The translations under genes were made by a program, and so were the position numbers. Below are positions 30,392 to 39,574 of a stretch of DNA of 64,000 nt, in pieces. The notes beneath the pieces are model-generated. The model had not been told where the DNA came from. It saw nothing but the letters and a program-made list of their open reading frames with translations, and searched no databases. This DNA is from Planctomycetota bacterium (GTDB taxonomy: Bacteria > Planctomycetota > B15-G4), in the NCBI GenBank assembly GCA_965248575.1, contig CBDFJQ010000002.1:1280001-1344000 (forward strand), written 5' to 3'. Every line of letters starts with the position of its first letter. Position 1 is the stretch's first letter.

Positions 30392-32745
30392 GCAAGCGCT
30401 TCTGGGCAGGGTTGATCGTGCTGGTGTTCGCGCTGGTTCTGCGCGTCGCCTACGTTCACCAACAGCAGGAGGTCCTGGGCCTCGACGTCAACAAGCTCAC
30501 CCAGACCGACAACCACGTCTTCGCAACGTGGGCGCGAGTCATTGCCGGGGGAGACTGGCTCTGTCGAGAGCAACCCCACGCCTATCACCACTGGACCAAG
30601 GAAGTTGCGCCCGAAGGCCGCTGGCTGGAGTGGTATGGCGGGCCCGAGACCTTTCACCAGACGCCGCTGTACCCGTACTTCGTGGCGGTGGTCTACACCC
30701 TCGCCGACTTCAGCGATCTCATGGTCGCCTACGCCCAGGCGTTGTTGGGGGCCCTGGCCTGCTGGTTGACGTTTCTGTTGGGCAGCCGCGTCCTGAACCT
30801 GCGCGCGGGGCTCATCGCTGGGCTGCTCCTGGCATTCATGGGCAGCTACTACTTCTACGACGCCTTCGTGCTGCGCGACGGTCCCATGGCCTTCGTGGTG
30901 ATCCTGACCACCCTCGCGCTGGACGTCGCAACGGAACGCGGTCGAGCCCGGGACTGGGTCCTGGCCGGTGCCTCGCTGGGGCTCTTCACCCTGGCGAAAG
31001 AAACGGGCATGCCGATCCTGGCGCTGACCCTGCTCGCGATGCTCGTCGTGTGGCGCCGCCACCCCAAGCGCCTGATGCAGACGGCGAGTCTGCTGTTGCT
31101 GGGTTGGATCTTGGTCACGGCGCCGGCCTTCGCGCGCAACGTCGTGGTGGGTGCGCCGCCCACGAAGCTGAGCACCCGAGGCCCTGAGGTCTTTATCACC
31201 GGGAATGCCCATGGGCAGACGGGAGTGGGCTGGAACCCACCCATCTCGTTGCTGCGCGACCTGCTCATGGAGAGCAACTTCTCCCTGCCCAAGGCCATGG
31301 TGCTGACGGCCGGCACTCACAAGGCGGACCCCTGGGGCTTCCCGCGCCTGCTTTGGGGCAAGACGAAAGCCTTCCTCAACGCCTACGAAGTTCCCAACAA
31401 CGTGAACTTCTACCTGCATCGCTCACACCTCAGCACCCTGCGCATGGGCTTCGTGTCGATGGCGTTCCTCTCGCCCGCCATGCTGCTGGGCTTGCTATTG
31501 GGCGTCCAGGCGAGGCGCCGACTGTCGGTGGTCTACCTCATGCTCGGCGCCACCGCGGCCTCGGTGATCGCCCTCTATATCCTGGCCCGCTTCCGGCTGC
31601 AGACCCTGCCCCTGATGGCCATCTTCGCGGGGCTGAGCGTCGACTGGGCGCTCACGCGCTGGACCACCCGCCGCCGAGGCGGTCTGCTCGTCGGCCTCGC
31701 TCTCTTCGGCCTGCTGGCCTCCTGGACCTGGGGCGTCGGAGACCCCTACGGGGAAGACAGCAAGAACACGAGCATCATGTTGCAGCTTGCCAAGACGGGC
31801 AACTTCGAGAAGTCCCTGCGCTTCCGGGACCGGCTGGTGGAGGTCCTGGCACGCGACCGCGGCCTCGACCTGGAGCAGGATCACGGCGGGAAGCTCGCGG
31901 TGATCCAATCCGCCTTTGAAGACTTTGAGGTTGCCATGGCGGAACCCGAAGGCACAGCCGCCCACCACCAGGCACTGGCCGATGGCTACACCACGCTGGT
32001 GCCCATCATGAAGCGCGGCGACCTGCGCGAATTCTCCTTGCTCGCGGAGCAGCACTACAGGCGCGCGCTCGATGCCGACCCGGGGCGTGTTGGTCTCCAT
32101 CACGGCCTGGGAACCCTCTCCGCGGCCATGGAGAACCACTTCCAGAATGAGAACCCGCAGAAGACTTTTGGTGACGCCTATCGTTGCTTCAAGCGCGAAT
32201 TGGAACGTCACCCAAGCCACGGACCGAGTCATCGGGATGTAGGCCGCCTGCACCTCCTCTGGGAGCAATGGCCCGTCGCCTTGGAGCACCTGCTCAAGGC
32301 CGAGGCCTTGGGCTGCTTCGACGGCGAGAGTCTGGCTGCCATTGCACGCATCTCCGTCGACGAGCGCATCAAGGGGCATACGCCCTTCGTCATTGCCGGA
32401 CAGACTCAACCGGTGTTCGATCTCAAACGCGGGGGGCTCTATGCCCAACGCGCTGTGGAGCTCGACGCGCAAAACCCGAACGTCCTGAGCTTTGCCTCCG
32501 ACGTGTCGTACATCCTGGGAGACTTCGAGCGCGCCGTCGAGCTGCTCGAGCAGGTCATCCCCCTCCAGCCCTGGAAGCACGCGCAGCTCCAGGCGCGCAT
32601 GGAGGCCTTCCGGCTGCGAGCCCAGCAGATCGAGGCCGCCCGCTCACAACCACAAGAGACCGGAACTCCTGACGCCCCCGAGGGTTCCACACCAGAGGCA
32701 GAACCCACCGAGACTGTCACCGACGACGCTGAGCCCCTCCCATGA
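30388..32745 (+). CDS. GT-C (PMT/ArnT-like) glycosyltransferase with C-terminal TPRs
   Basis: D...FATWA..IAGGDW, F.Q.PLYPYF.A, ARFRL motifs, about 11 TM segments, TPR-like tail. ATGA coupling. Confidence 0.8.
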   Translation: MSKRFWAGLIVLVFALVLRVAYVHQQQEVLGLDVNKLTQTDNHVFATWARVIAGGDWLCREQPHAYHHWTKEVAPEGRWLEWYGGPETFHQTPLYPYFVAVVYTLADFSDLMVAYAQALLGALACWLTFLLGSRVLNLRAGLIAGLLLAFMGSYYFYDAFVLRDGPMAFVVILTTLALDVATERGRARDWVLAGASLGLFTLAKETGMPILALTLLAMLVVWRRHPKRLMQTASLLLLGWILVTAPAFARNVVVGAPPTKLSTRGPEVFITGNAHGQTGVGWNPPISLLRDLLMESNFSLPKAMVLTAGTHKADPWGFPRLLWGKTKAFLNAYEVPNNVNFYLHRSHLSTLRMGFVSMAFLSPAMLLGLLLGVQARRRLSVVYLMLGATAASVIALYILARFRLQTLPLMAIFAGLSVDWALTRWTTRRRGGLLVGLALFGLLASWTWGVGDPYGEDSKNTSIMLQLAKTGNFEKSLRFRDRLVEVLARDRGLDLEQDHGGKLAVIQSAFEDFEVAMAEPEGTAAHHQALADGYTTLVPIMKRGDLREFSLLAEQHYRRALDADPGRVGLHHGLGTLSAAMENHFQNENPQKTFGDAYRCFKRELERHPSHGPSHRDVGRLHLLWEQWPVALEHLLKAEALGCFDGESLAAIARISVDERIKGHTPFVIAGQTQPVFDLKRGGLYAQRAVELDAQNPNVLSFASDVSYILGDFERAVELLEQVIPLQPWKHAQLQARMEAFRLRAQQIEAARSQPQETGTPDAPEGSTPEAEPTETVTDDAEPLP

Positions 32746-34271
32746 CCCGAGCACGCCGATCCCCCGGGCTCCTGCTCCTCGCGGCTTTCGCCCTCCTCGG
32801 CTGCCAGGCCGATCCCGAGCCCGAGCAGGCCCGAGCGCCGTCGCCCGACCTCGTGCTGATCGTGGTGGACACCCTGCGCGCGGATCGCCTCTCCGCCTAT
32901 GGGTATGAGCGCCCCACCTCACCCTCCCTCGACCGCCTCGCCGCCGAGGGCGCCCTGTTCGAAGACGTCACCTCGCAGTCTTCGTGGACCCTGCCGTCCA
33001 TGGCTTCCATGCTCACCGGGCGACGGGTGTTCGTGAATGCCAAGCGCATGCCCGCGGACGTCCCGGCCGTCGCTGAGCATCTGCAGGCTGCGGGCTACGA
33101 GACCGTGGCCTTGCTGGGGAACCCAGCCCTGTCGACCCCGGGCACGGGCTATGGCCGCGGCTTCGATCACGTGCTCGACCGTGACACCACCGGCCACGGA
33201 AACTGGGATGCCAAGGACCTCGGCGCCGCGCTGGATCAATGGTTGTTGGAGCACCCGCCTGGGGATGCGCCGCGCTTCTACTACCTGCATTTCCTGGACC
33301 CTCATTGGCCCTACGAGCCGGAGCGCACAGAGAGCCTGCCAGGTGACGTACGCGTCCAAGACCACGTCCTGGAATCCTGGGTGGACGAAGCGCGAACCAA
33401 TGACGTCGTCCGTGAGTCCTTTGACAAGGAACGGCGAGCCATCATCGACTGGCTGGATGCCTACGATCACGAAATACTGAACGTGGATCGGGAGATCGAT
33501 CGGCTCCTAGGTCGACTCGCCCGTCCCGAGCGGGGACGGCTGATGGTCCTGGCCTCGGATCACGGGGAGGGACTCTGGGATCACAAGCACCACACCCTGC
33601 TCGTGGAGCGCGACCAGCCCCCCGAGCAACGCACGCTCTCCAACGTCTTCTTCCGTGACCACAGCTACCACATGTTCCAGGAGCTGATCTTCACGCCGCT
33701 GATCGTCCATGGACCCGGCTTCGAGGGCGGCCATCGCATTCAACGCGCGGTGGAGAACGTCGACATCGCCCCCACCTTGCTGCGCGCGGCGGGCCTGGAC
33801 ATACCAGCAGACCTCGACGGCCAGGCCCTTCAAGACGTCGTCGCGGGGACGGCACCCGACAAACCCTACGTGTTCAGCCACAGTCAGGAGGCCACGGTGG
33901 TCCGGCGCACGAGGGATGACTTGAAGCTCATCTTTGGGACACCCACCGGCGACTTCTACGGCCTGCCACTCATGTTGTTCCAACTCGGATCCGATCCTCA
34001 CGAGGTCAAGAACCTCGCCAGTCGCACAGAGACTGGCACCGACGTGGAGGATGGTTATCTCAGCGAACTGCGCACTCTCATCGCCACCCGCGAACGGATG
34101 GCACGTGAGTTCGACCTCTATCTGGAGGGCGACGCTGAGCAGGCCAATTCGGATCAACTCGAAGTGCTTCGCAGTCTCGGCTACATCGACCTGGCGGATA
34201 ATCCCATCCCGACAGATCAAGGCGAGCCCGGCCCGGAGACTTCCAACGATCCCTCGGCTGACAGCCACTGA
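32742..34271 (+). CDS. sulfatase-like (alkaline phosphatase superfamily) lipoprotein
   Basis: LLGC lipobox, VVDTLRAD, SSWTLPSMASMLTG, DPHWPY, SDHGE, DIAPTLL, LRSLGYI. ATGA coupling. Confidence 0.9.
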   Translation: MTRARRSPGLLLLAAFALLGCQADPEPEQARAPSPDLVLIVVDTLRADRLSAYGYERPTSPSLDRLAAEGALFEDVTSQSSWTLPSMASMLTGRRVFVNAKRMPADVPAVAEHLQAAGYETVALLGNPALSTPGTGYGRGFDHVLDRDTTGHGNWDAKDLGAALDQWLLEHPPGDAPRFYYLHFLDPHWPYEPERTESLPGDVRVQDHVLESWVDEARTNDVVRESFDKERRAIIDWLDAYDHEILNVDREIDRLLGRLARPERGRLMVLASDHGEGLWDHKHHTLLVERDQPPEQRTLSNVFFRDHSYHMFQELIFTPLIVHGPGFEGGHRIQRAVENVDIAPTLLRAAGLDIPADLDGQALQDVVAGTAPDKPYVFSHSQEATVVRRTRDDLKLIFGTPTGDFYGLPLMLFQLGSDPHEVKNLASRTETGTDVEDGYLSELRTLIATRERMAREFDLYLEGDAEQANSDQLEVLRSLGYIDLADNPIPTDQGEPGPETSNDPSADSH

Positions 34272-34352
34272 ACCGCACGCTCAGCACGGCGGTTCCCTGA
34301 GAGCACCTCCACCGCGTCGTCCGTTCTCCCATCAGTTCCCGGACCGCACGGA

Positions 34353-35087
34353 GTGAAGCCTCAGATGGACGTCAAGAAGTCAGGACTGTTCGCCCTCGTG
34401 CTGTTGGCAGGCGCTGCCGTGGGAGCCATCACCAACGGCCTGTTGAATCTGGGTGACGAGGTCACCGGTTCCATCGACGACTACGGCCAGGAGGACACCT
34501 ACCTCTTCAGCGCCGTCAAGGACACCAAGGTCACGATCATGGCCCGGGCCTACGGTTACCCCAAGTCCCTGAAGCCCCGAGTGCGGGTGACCGACCTGAC
34601 GACCAACAGCGTGCTGGTGGATGCCAGCACCAACCAACTGGTCTACATCAAGAAGCTGCCGCTCCCGAGCACCGGCGAGTACATGATCACGATCAGTGGC
34701 GCCCAGGACACCCTCGGCGGCTACAAGCTGAAGACCGCCGAGAAGCTCAGCTGGCTGGGCATCAACCAGAAGGACTTCGTGGTGGTGCCCGGTGACGGAG
34801 GCGTCCTGGAAGTGGGCTTCGATGCAGCCGCTGGCTGGGCCATGGACGCCCGATTCGAAGTCAAGTCGGCCAACCCGATCATGACTTCGCCGACCCTCAC
34901 GTCGCCCAGCGGAATCGACCTCGACCTCGGGCAGTTCCTGCAGGTGATCGGGCCCAACCTGAAGATCCTCGACGTGCCGCTGCCTGAGCTGGGAACCTAC
35001 CAGCTGACGGCGACAAACGTCGGCCTCACCGGCCTGGTCAAGTGGCGGGTGAAGCTGGACCCCAAGGGCCCTGACGACAACGATTGA
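34353..35087 (+). CDS. secreted beta-rich protein with two PPC-like (pre-peptidase C-terminal) domains
   Basis: Signal peptide, GSIDDYGQEDTYLF, and duplicated LPSTGEYMITI / LPELGTYQLTA. Confidence 0.65.
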   Translation: MKPQMDVKKSGLFALVLLAGAAVGAITNGLLNLGDEVTGSIDDYGQEDTYLFSAVKDTKVTIMARAYGYPKSLKPRVRVTDLTTNSVLVDASTNQLVYIKKLPLPSTGEYMITISGAQDTLGGYKLKTAEKLSWLGINQKDFVVVPGDGGVLEVGFDAAAGWAMDARFEVKSANPIMTSPTLTSPSGIDLDLGQFLQVIGPNLKILDVPLPELGTYQLTATNVGLTGLVKWRVKLDPKGPDDND

Positions 35088-35120
35088 CGGGCGGGGGGCT
35101 GCCCGTCCTCTCCGCCGCCG

Positions 35121-35159
35121 TCTCGCCGCGAGCCAGCCGATATGGGCTCGCGGCAGAGA
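35121..35159. terminator. hairpin between the convergent CDS and tRNA-Sec (terminator or processing stem)
   Basis: GCCGCGAGCC (35125-34) / GGCTCGCGGC (35145-54), flanked by TCTC/GAGA. No U-tract. Confidence 0.5.
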
Positions 35160-35256
35160 TGGCGGGAGCGCATGGGAATCGAACCCACCCGGGAAGTGTT
35201 TGGCCTCCCAATCTGGATTTGAAGTCCAGTAGGCACACCAGCGCCTTGCCGCTCCC
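35160..35256 (-). tRNA. selC: tRNA-Sec (anticodon UCA)
   Basis: GGGAGCGG-CA-AGGCGC TGGT GTGCCT (6-bp D stem, 4-nt loop)-ACTGGA CTTCAAA TCCAGA-long variable arm-GTGGG TTCGATT CCCAT-GCGCTCCC G CCA. selA and selD are nearby. Confidence 0.96.
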
Positions 35257-35272
35257 TCACATCTGCGTGCGA

Positions 35273-35302
35273 AGTGTAACGGGCCGAGATCCACCCGGTC
35301 TA
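35273..35302 (-). promoter_or_regulatory. putative sigma-70 promoter of selC
   Basis: TAGACC, 18-bp spacer, TACACT on the minus strand, 16 nt upstream of the tRNA 5' end. Confidence 0.5.
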
Positions 35303-35411
35303 GTTCGGAAGGGTCAGCACCCGGTGCCCGACGGCCGATCGAGCGGGATCGGACCCGTGCCACGGCAGGGGCCCGACGGTAGGATGCGGCGGCTCCCCGC
35401 CGGAATCCTCG

Positions 35412-36116
35412 ATGCCCCCCTCTGCTCCCGACCCCCAGTTCCGCTCTGCCCTGCTCGCCAAGCGCAAGGGCAAGCTGGATGAAGCCCTCGCCATTCTCGA
35501 GGGCATGCTGAAAGAGAACCCCGATCACACGGATGCCCTGGAGGTCCTGGGCATGATGATCTCGGAGCAAGGCGACCTGGACCGCGCCATCGAGCTCACG
35601 ACCAAACTCGTCGCCCTGCAGCCGCAGTCCATCATGGCCCACGCCAACCTCTCGCGCTTCTACATGCTCAAGGGCGACAAGGAGACGGCCGAGGACTGGC
35701 AAGGCAAGGCGCGTGTCCTGGGCTGGAAGGAAGAGGTCGGACGCAAGGCCTCCGCCGCGGGCGGGGTGAGCGGCATGGACGCAGGCGTCTCCCCAGACCT
35801 CGTGGAGAAACAGGAGCACGCCGTGGAGTCCCGGCCGGACGACGTCATGGCGCGCATGGCCTTGGCCTCCAGCTATCGCAAGCTGGGTATGCCGGTCAAG
35901 GCCGTGAGCCACCTGCAGCACGCCCTGGGCCTGGACGGCACCCTGTCCACCCTCTACCTGGAACTGGGCAAGAGCCTCGAGGAGGCCAACATGGGTTCGG
36001 ACGCCGCCGAGGTCTATCGGCGCGGCGTCCCCATCGCAGACAACAAGGGTGACTTCATGCCGCGCAACCAGATGGCAACACGCCTCGCGCAACTCGAAAA
36101 GCGCACGGAGAGCTGA
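35412..36116 (+). CDS. TPR-repeat protein
   Basis: Two TPR clusters (DALEVLGMM...AIEL; ARMALASSY...YLELGKSLE). Confidence 0.8.
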   Translation: MPPSAPDPQFRSALLAKRKGKLDEALAILEGMLKENPDHTDALEVLGMMISEQGDLDRAIELTTKLVALQPQSIMAHANLSRFYMLKGDKETAEDWQGKARVLGWKEEVGRKASAAGGVSGMDAGVSPDLVEKQEHAVESRPDDVMARMALASSYRKLGMPVKAVSHLQHALGLDGTLSTLYLELGKSLEEANMGSDAAEVYRRGVPIADNKGDFMPRNQMATRLAQLEKRTES

Positions 36117-36121
36117 GAGTC

Positions 36122-37000
36122 ATGCCCGCCGAAATGCTTCGCGGTGCCCCGATAGCAGGGGCCCTTCGCAAACAAGTCCTCGCCGCCCTGGAGGGCGACG
36201 GCCCCACACCTTGCCTGGCCAACATCGTGGTCGGTGAGAATCCGGCTGCCGGCTCCTACCTCGACTCGCTGGACAAGGCCGCCAGCAAACGCGGCATCCT
36301 GACCCGTCGGATCCAGCTGGATCACGACGTCTCGGAAGAGGCGCTGTGCGAGAGCGTCGTGGAGGCCGGGCGCGATGACGGCATTCACGGCCTCATGATT
36401 CAGTTCCCGTTGCCGGCAGGAATGGACCGGCAGCGCGTGACCGACCTGATTCCCGCTGCTAAGGATGTGGATGGCCTCACGACGCAATCCCTTGGTTCCG
36501 TGCTGGCGGGAAACCGTCGGCACACGGCCCCTGCCACGGCAGCCGCTGTCGTCGAGGTGCTCTCCTCGGATGAGCGCCTCGACCCGTCCGGGCGTGACGT
36601 CACCATCGTGGGTCGCAGCCTGGTGGTGGGCCGCCCCCTCGCGGCCATGCTGTCCGCCCCGGTCTCTGGCGGACAAGCCACGGTAGACCTATGCCACAGC
36701 CGCACCCAGGACCTCAGCGCCCACACGAAGCGAGCGGACATCGTGGTGATGGCCGTAGGCCGCCGGCACATGCTCACTCCAGACATGGTCAAGCCGGGCG
36801 CCATCGTCATCGATGTGGGCACACACCCCATCGAGCGCGACGGCAAGTGGACCTTGGACGGCGACGTGCATCCCGATGTCGCCGGGCAGGCGGGCTTCAT
36901 GACGCCGGTGCCGGGTGGCGTCGGCATCGTCACGACGGCGATCCTCATGCGTCATGTGACGGCCGCTGCACGCCAGGCTTGCTTCAGCCCGACGTGGTGA
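36122..37000 (+). CDS. folD: methylenetetrahydrofolate dehydrogenase/cyclohydrolase FolD
   Basis: IHGLMIQFPLP, KDVDG, PAT, VGRSLVVGRP, CHSRT, VIDVG, GDV, TPVPGGVG. Confidence 0.95.
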   Translation: MPAEMLRGAPIAGALRKQVLAALEGDGPTPCLANIVVGENPAAGSYLDSLDKAASKRGILTRRIQLDHDVSEEALCESVVEAGRDDGIHGLMIQFPLPAGMDRQRVTDLIPAAKDVDGLTTQSLGSVLAGNRRHTAPATAAAVVEVLSSDERLDPSGRDVTIVGRSLVVGRPLAAMLSAPVSGGQATVDLCHSRTQDLSAHTKRADIVVMAVGRRHMLTPDMVKPGAIVIDVGTHPIERDGKWTLDGDVHPDVAGQAGFMTPVPGGVGIVTTAILMRHVTAAARQACFSPTW

Positions 37001-38475
37001 GCCGGGGACAGGCCCGCAGCGCCATGCGCCATGCGGCGTGGCTGCTCAGCATCCTGCTCCTTTGTAGCGCCGCGGGTGTGCTGCCCTCAGCCCACACAGC
37101 AGGCGACGGTGCCGCAAGAGAAGCGCTCAAGGAATACCGCAAGCTCGACCGCAGCCAGGACAACTCCCTCAACGCCTTGCTCGCTCTGCAGGATCTAGCT
37201 GCCCACGATTCGCCTGTGATCGTCGATGCCATGCTGCATGAGCTGAGTGGGGCGCGCATCGAGCGCTACCGCACGGCCCGCAGGGTACTCGAGGGCTTTC
37301 GCGATCCGCGCACGCTGAACCATCTCATCAAGGAGGGCGTCGGCCACCCACGCCCCGAGGTGAGGGCTCAATGCCTGCTTGCCCTGGGCTCCGGTCGCCC
37401 CAGCTCGGTGGATTGGATCCCACCCACCGAAGCAGCCTTGGATGACCGCTTCGCCATCGTCCGGGCCGCTGCCGTGGAAGCGCTCGGCCTCGCGCGAGCG
37501 AGCGGTCGCCTCGGCCGCATCCTCGAACTCGCAGACGACCCCTCGGTGCGCGTGCGCCAGCAGGTCCCGGAAGCCCTGGTGCGTCTCGCGCCCCATCGCG
37601 CTTCTGCCATCCTCCCGACCTTGGCGGCCGACAGCAGCTGGCGCGTGCGCGCCTCCGCTGTGCGAGCGTTGGGTAGCTTGCGAACACGCGACTCCGTGGA
37701 AGAGTTGGTGGCGATCCTCGATCGGGAGGTCGGTCGGATCCGCGAAGATGCCTTGGACCAGCTCCGCCACTTGACCCGCCAGGACTTCGGCCTGCACGTG
37801 GACGCCTGGGAGCGCTTTCTGGAGCTGGCGCCGCCAGACTTCCTGAGCACGCCGGACGAAAGTGCCGTGGCAACGTCATCCGGAAGCGTCGTGTACTACG
37901 GCCTGACCTCTCACAGCACACGTTTCGTGCTCGTGACCGACTTGTCGACAAGCATGACGACCATCGAGCGGACGACCTATCGTTCAAAGATCACGGCGAG
38001 CCGGCTTCAGCTCACGAAGGATCAGATGGAGTCCCTCGTCGAAGACCTCGGCGAAGACGTGGCCATCAACCTCGTGACCTTCAGCGACAACGCGGAGGTC
38101 TGGCAGCGCAAGCTGCTCACCATGAACAAGAAGGGGCGCGCCAAGGCCCTGGCGGAGATCGAGAGCTACAGCCCCCGGGGCGGGACGAACCTCTTCCATG
38201 CGTTGAGCACCTGCTTCGAGATGGCCGCTGACTCGCTGACGAAGCCCGAGCTCGAAGACTCCACCCCAGACACCATCTTCCTGCTCACGGATGGCGAGCC
38301 GAGCGTTGGCACCATGCTCGACACATCGGTGATCCTAGAGTGGGTGGAAGAACGGAACCGCGAACTTCAGGTGCGCGTTCACTGCATCGCCTTGAACACC
38401 CAGCCCCGGAGCAGGGACTTCATGTCACGCCTGGCGCGCATCACCTCGGGTCAGTACGTCAACCCCTTCGATTGA
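36997..38475 (+). CDS. exported HEAT-repeat + von Willebrand A domain protein
   Basis: Signal-like N-terminus, HEAT repeats (VRAAAVEALG, WRVRASAVRALG), MIDAS DLSTS, GGTN, FLLTDGEP. Start is GTG 36997 (GTGA coupling) or ATG 37024. Confidence 0.85.
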   Translation: MSRGQARSAMRHAAWLLSILLLCSAAGVLPSAHTAGDGAAREALKEYRKLDRSQDNSLNALLALQDLAAHDSPVIVDAMLHELSGARIERYRTARRVLEGFRDPRTLNHLIKEGVGHPRPEVRAQCLLALGSGRPSSVDWIPPTEAALDDRFAIVRAAAVEALGLARASGRLGRILELADDPSVRVRQQVPEALVRLAPHRASAILPTLAADSSWRVRASAVRALGSLRTRDSVEELVAILDREVGRIREDALDQLRHLTRQDFGLHVDAWERFLELAPPDFLSTPDESAVATSSGSVVYYGLTSHSTRFVLVTDLSTSMTTIERTTYRSKITASRLQLTKDQMESLVEDLGEDVAINLVTFSDNAEVWQRKLLTMNKKGRAKALAEIESYSPRGGTNLFHALSTCFEMAADSLTKPELEDSTPDTIFLLTDGEPSVGTMLDTSVILEWVEERNRELQVRVHCIALNTQPRSRDFMSRLARITSGQYVNPFD

Positions 38476-38518
38476 GCGACATCAGCGCTTGAACGACGTC
38501 GCAGACACGGCCCGAGCC

Positions 38519-39574
38519 TCAGGGATTGAGCCTCACGCGTGAGGCACCGGTAGCCGCTGCAACGTGGCCGATGCACGCCGCGGGCAGCGCGCGCTTCGAC
38601 AGCTCTTGCTCCAGCTGTGCGGCTGCAGCTTCCGGGACGGAGATCAACAAGCCGCCCGAAGTCTCGCTATCAGCGACGAGCAGCACGAGGACCTCTTCAA
38701 CCCCTGGGTCTGCGACGAAGGCCTCACCGAGGTGTGCCCGGGTGCGTGCCGCGCCCCCCGAAACGAAGCCCTTGGACATGAGTCGCACGGCACCTTCGAG
38801 CAAGGGCAGCGCCTGGGCAGAGAGCACCACATCCACACCACTGGCCGCTGCCAGCTCATGGGCGTGCCCCGCCAACCCGAAGCCCGTCACATCCGTGGCG
38901 GCCTTGACGGAGCAGGCCTTCATGGCCTCGGCAGCCGCCGCGTTCAATGCCCCCATCTGATGCATGGCCTGGTCCAGCTCTTCGGGTGTGGTCTTTTTCT
39001 TCCGTGCTGCGGTGGTGATGCAGCCGGTCCCCAAAGCCTTGGTGAGATAGAGGCGGTCTCCGACCTGAGCCCCGCCATTGGTGACCTCCTCGCCGGGCCG
39101 GAGGGTGCCCGTCACGGCCAAGCCGAACTTCACCCCTTCGTCCGAAACCGAGTGCCCCCCCATGGTCACCGCTCCGGCTTCGCGAACGGCGTCCTCACCG
39201 CCCTTCAAGATCTCACCGAGCACGTCCATGGGAAGCGCATCGTTGTTGAACACGACGATGTTCAGCACGCTCAGGGGTTTCGCCCCCATGGCGTAGAGAT
39301 CCGACAGCGCATTGGCCGCGGCGATGCGTCCAAACCACCACGGGTCGTCGACCACGGGTGGAAAGAAGTCCGTGCTCTGGACGAGGGCCAACTCGTCGTT
39401 GACGGCGATCACGCCGGCGTCATCGAAATGAGAGGACCCGACCAGCAAGCGCGGGTCGTCCTGCTTCGGCAAACATGAGAGGACCTGCACGAGGTCCTGC
39501 GCGGGAATTTTCGCAGCTCAACCGGCGGAGTTGGCGTAGTTGGTGAGTCGCACTTGGCGTCCTGACAAACTCAT
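38519..39574 (-). CDS. selD: selenide,water dikinase SelD, selenocysteine-containing (UGA at codon 19)
   Basis: ATG 39574 (ATGA overlap with the selA stop) reads MSLSGRQVRLTNYANSAG-TGA-AAKIPAQDL, in frame with the 38519..39490 ORF (DDAGV, DFFPPVVDDP, ANALSDLYAMG, GGHS, TDVTGFGL, ETSGGLL). Confidence 0.95.
39480..39498 (-). promoter_or_regulatory. candidate bacterial SECIS hairpin of selD
   Basis: AGGACCT-CGTGC-AGGTCCT, a perfect 7-bp stem starting 19 nt downstream of the UGA. Confidence 0.65.

Noticed and set aside
35087..35160. Genomic island integrated at tRNA-Sec
   Set aside because: No integrase and no duplicated tRNA 3' end (att site) seen, and the composition of neighbouring genes looks native.
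38519..39520. selD as a truncated gene or pseudogene
   Set aside because: The UGA falls exactly at the catalytic Cys position and has a SECIS-like hairpin, selA and tRNA-Sec nearby, which indicates recoding.
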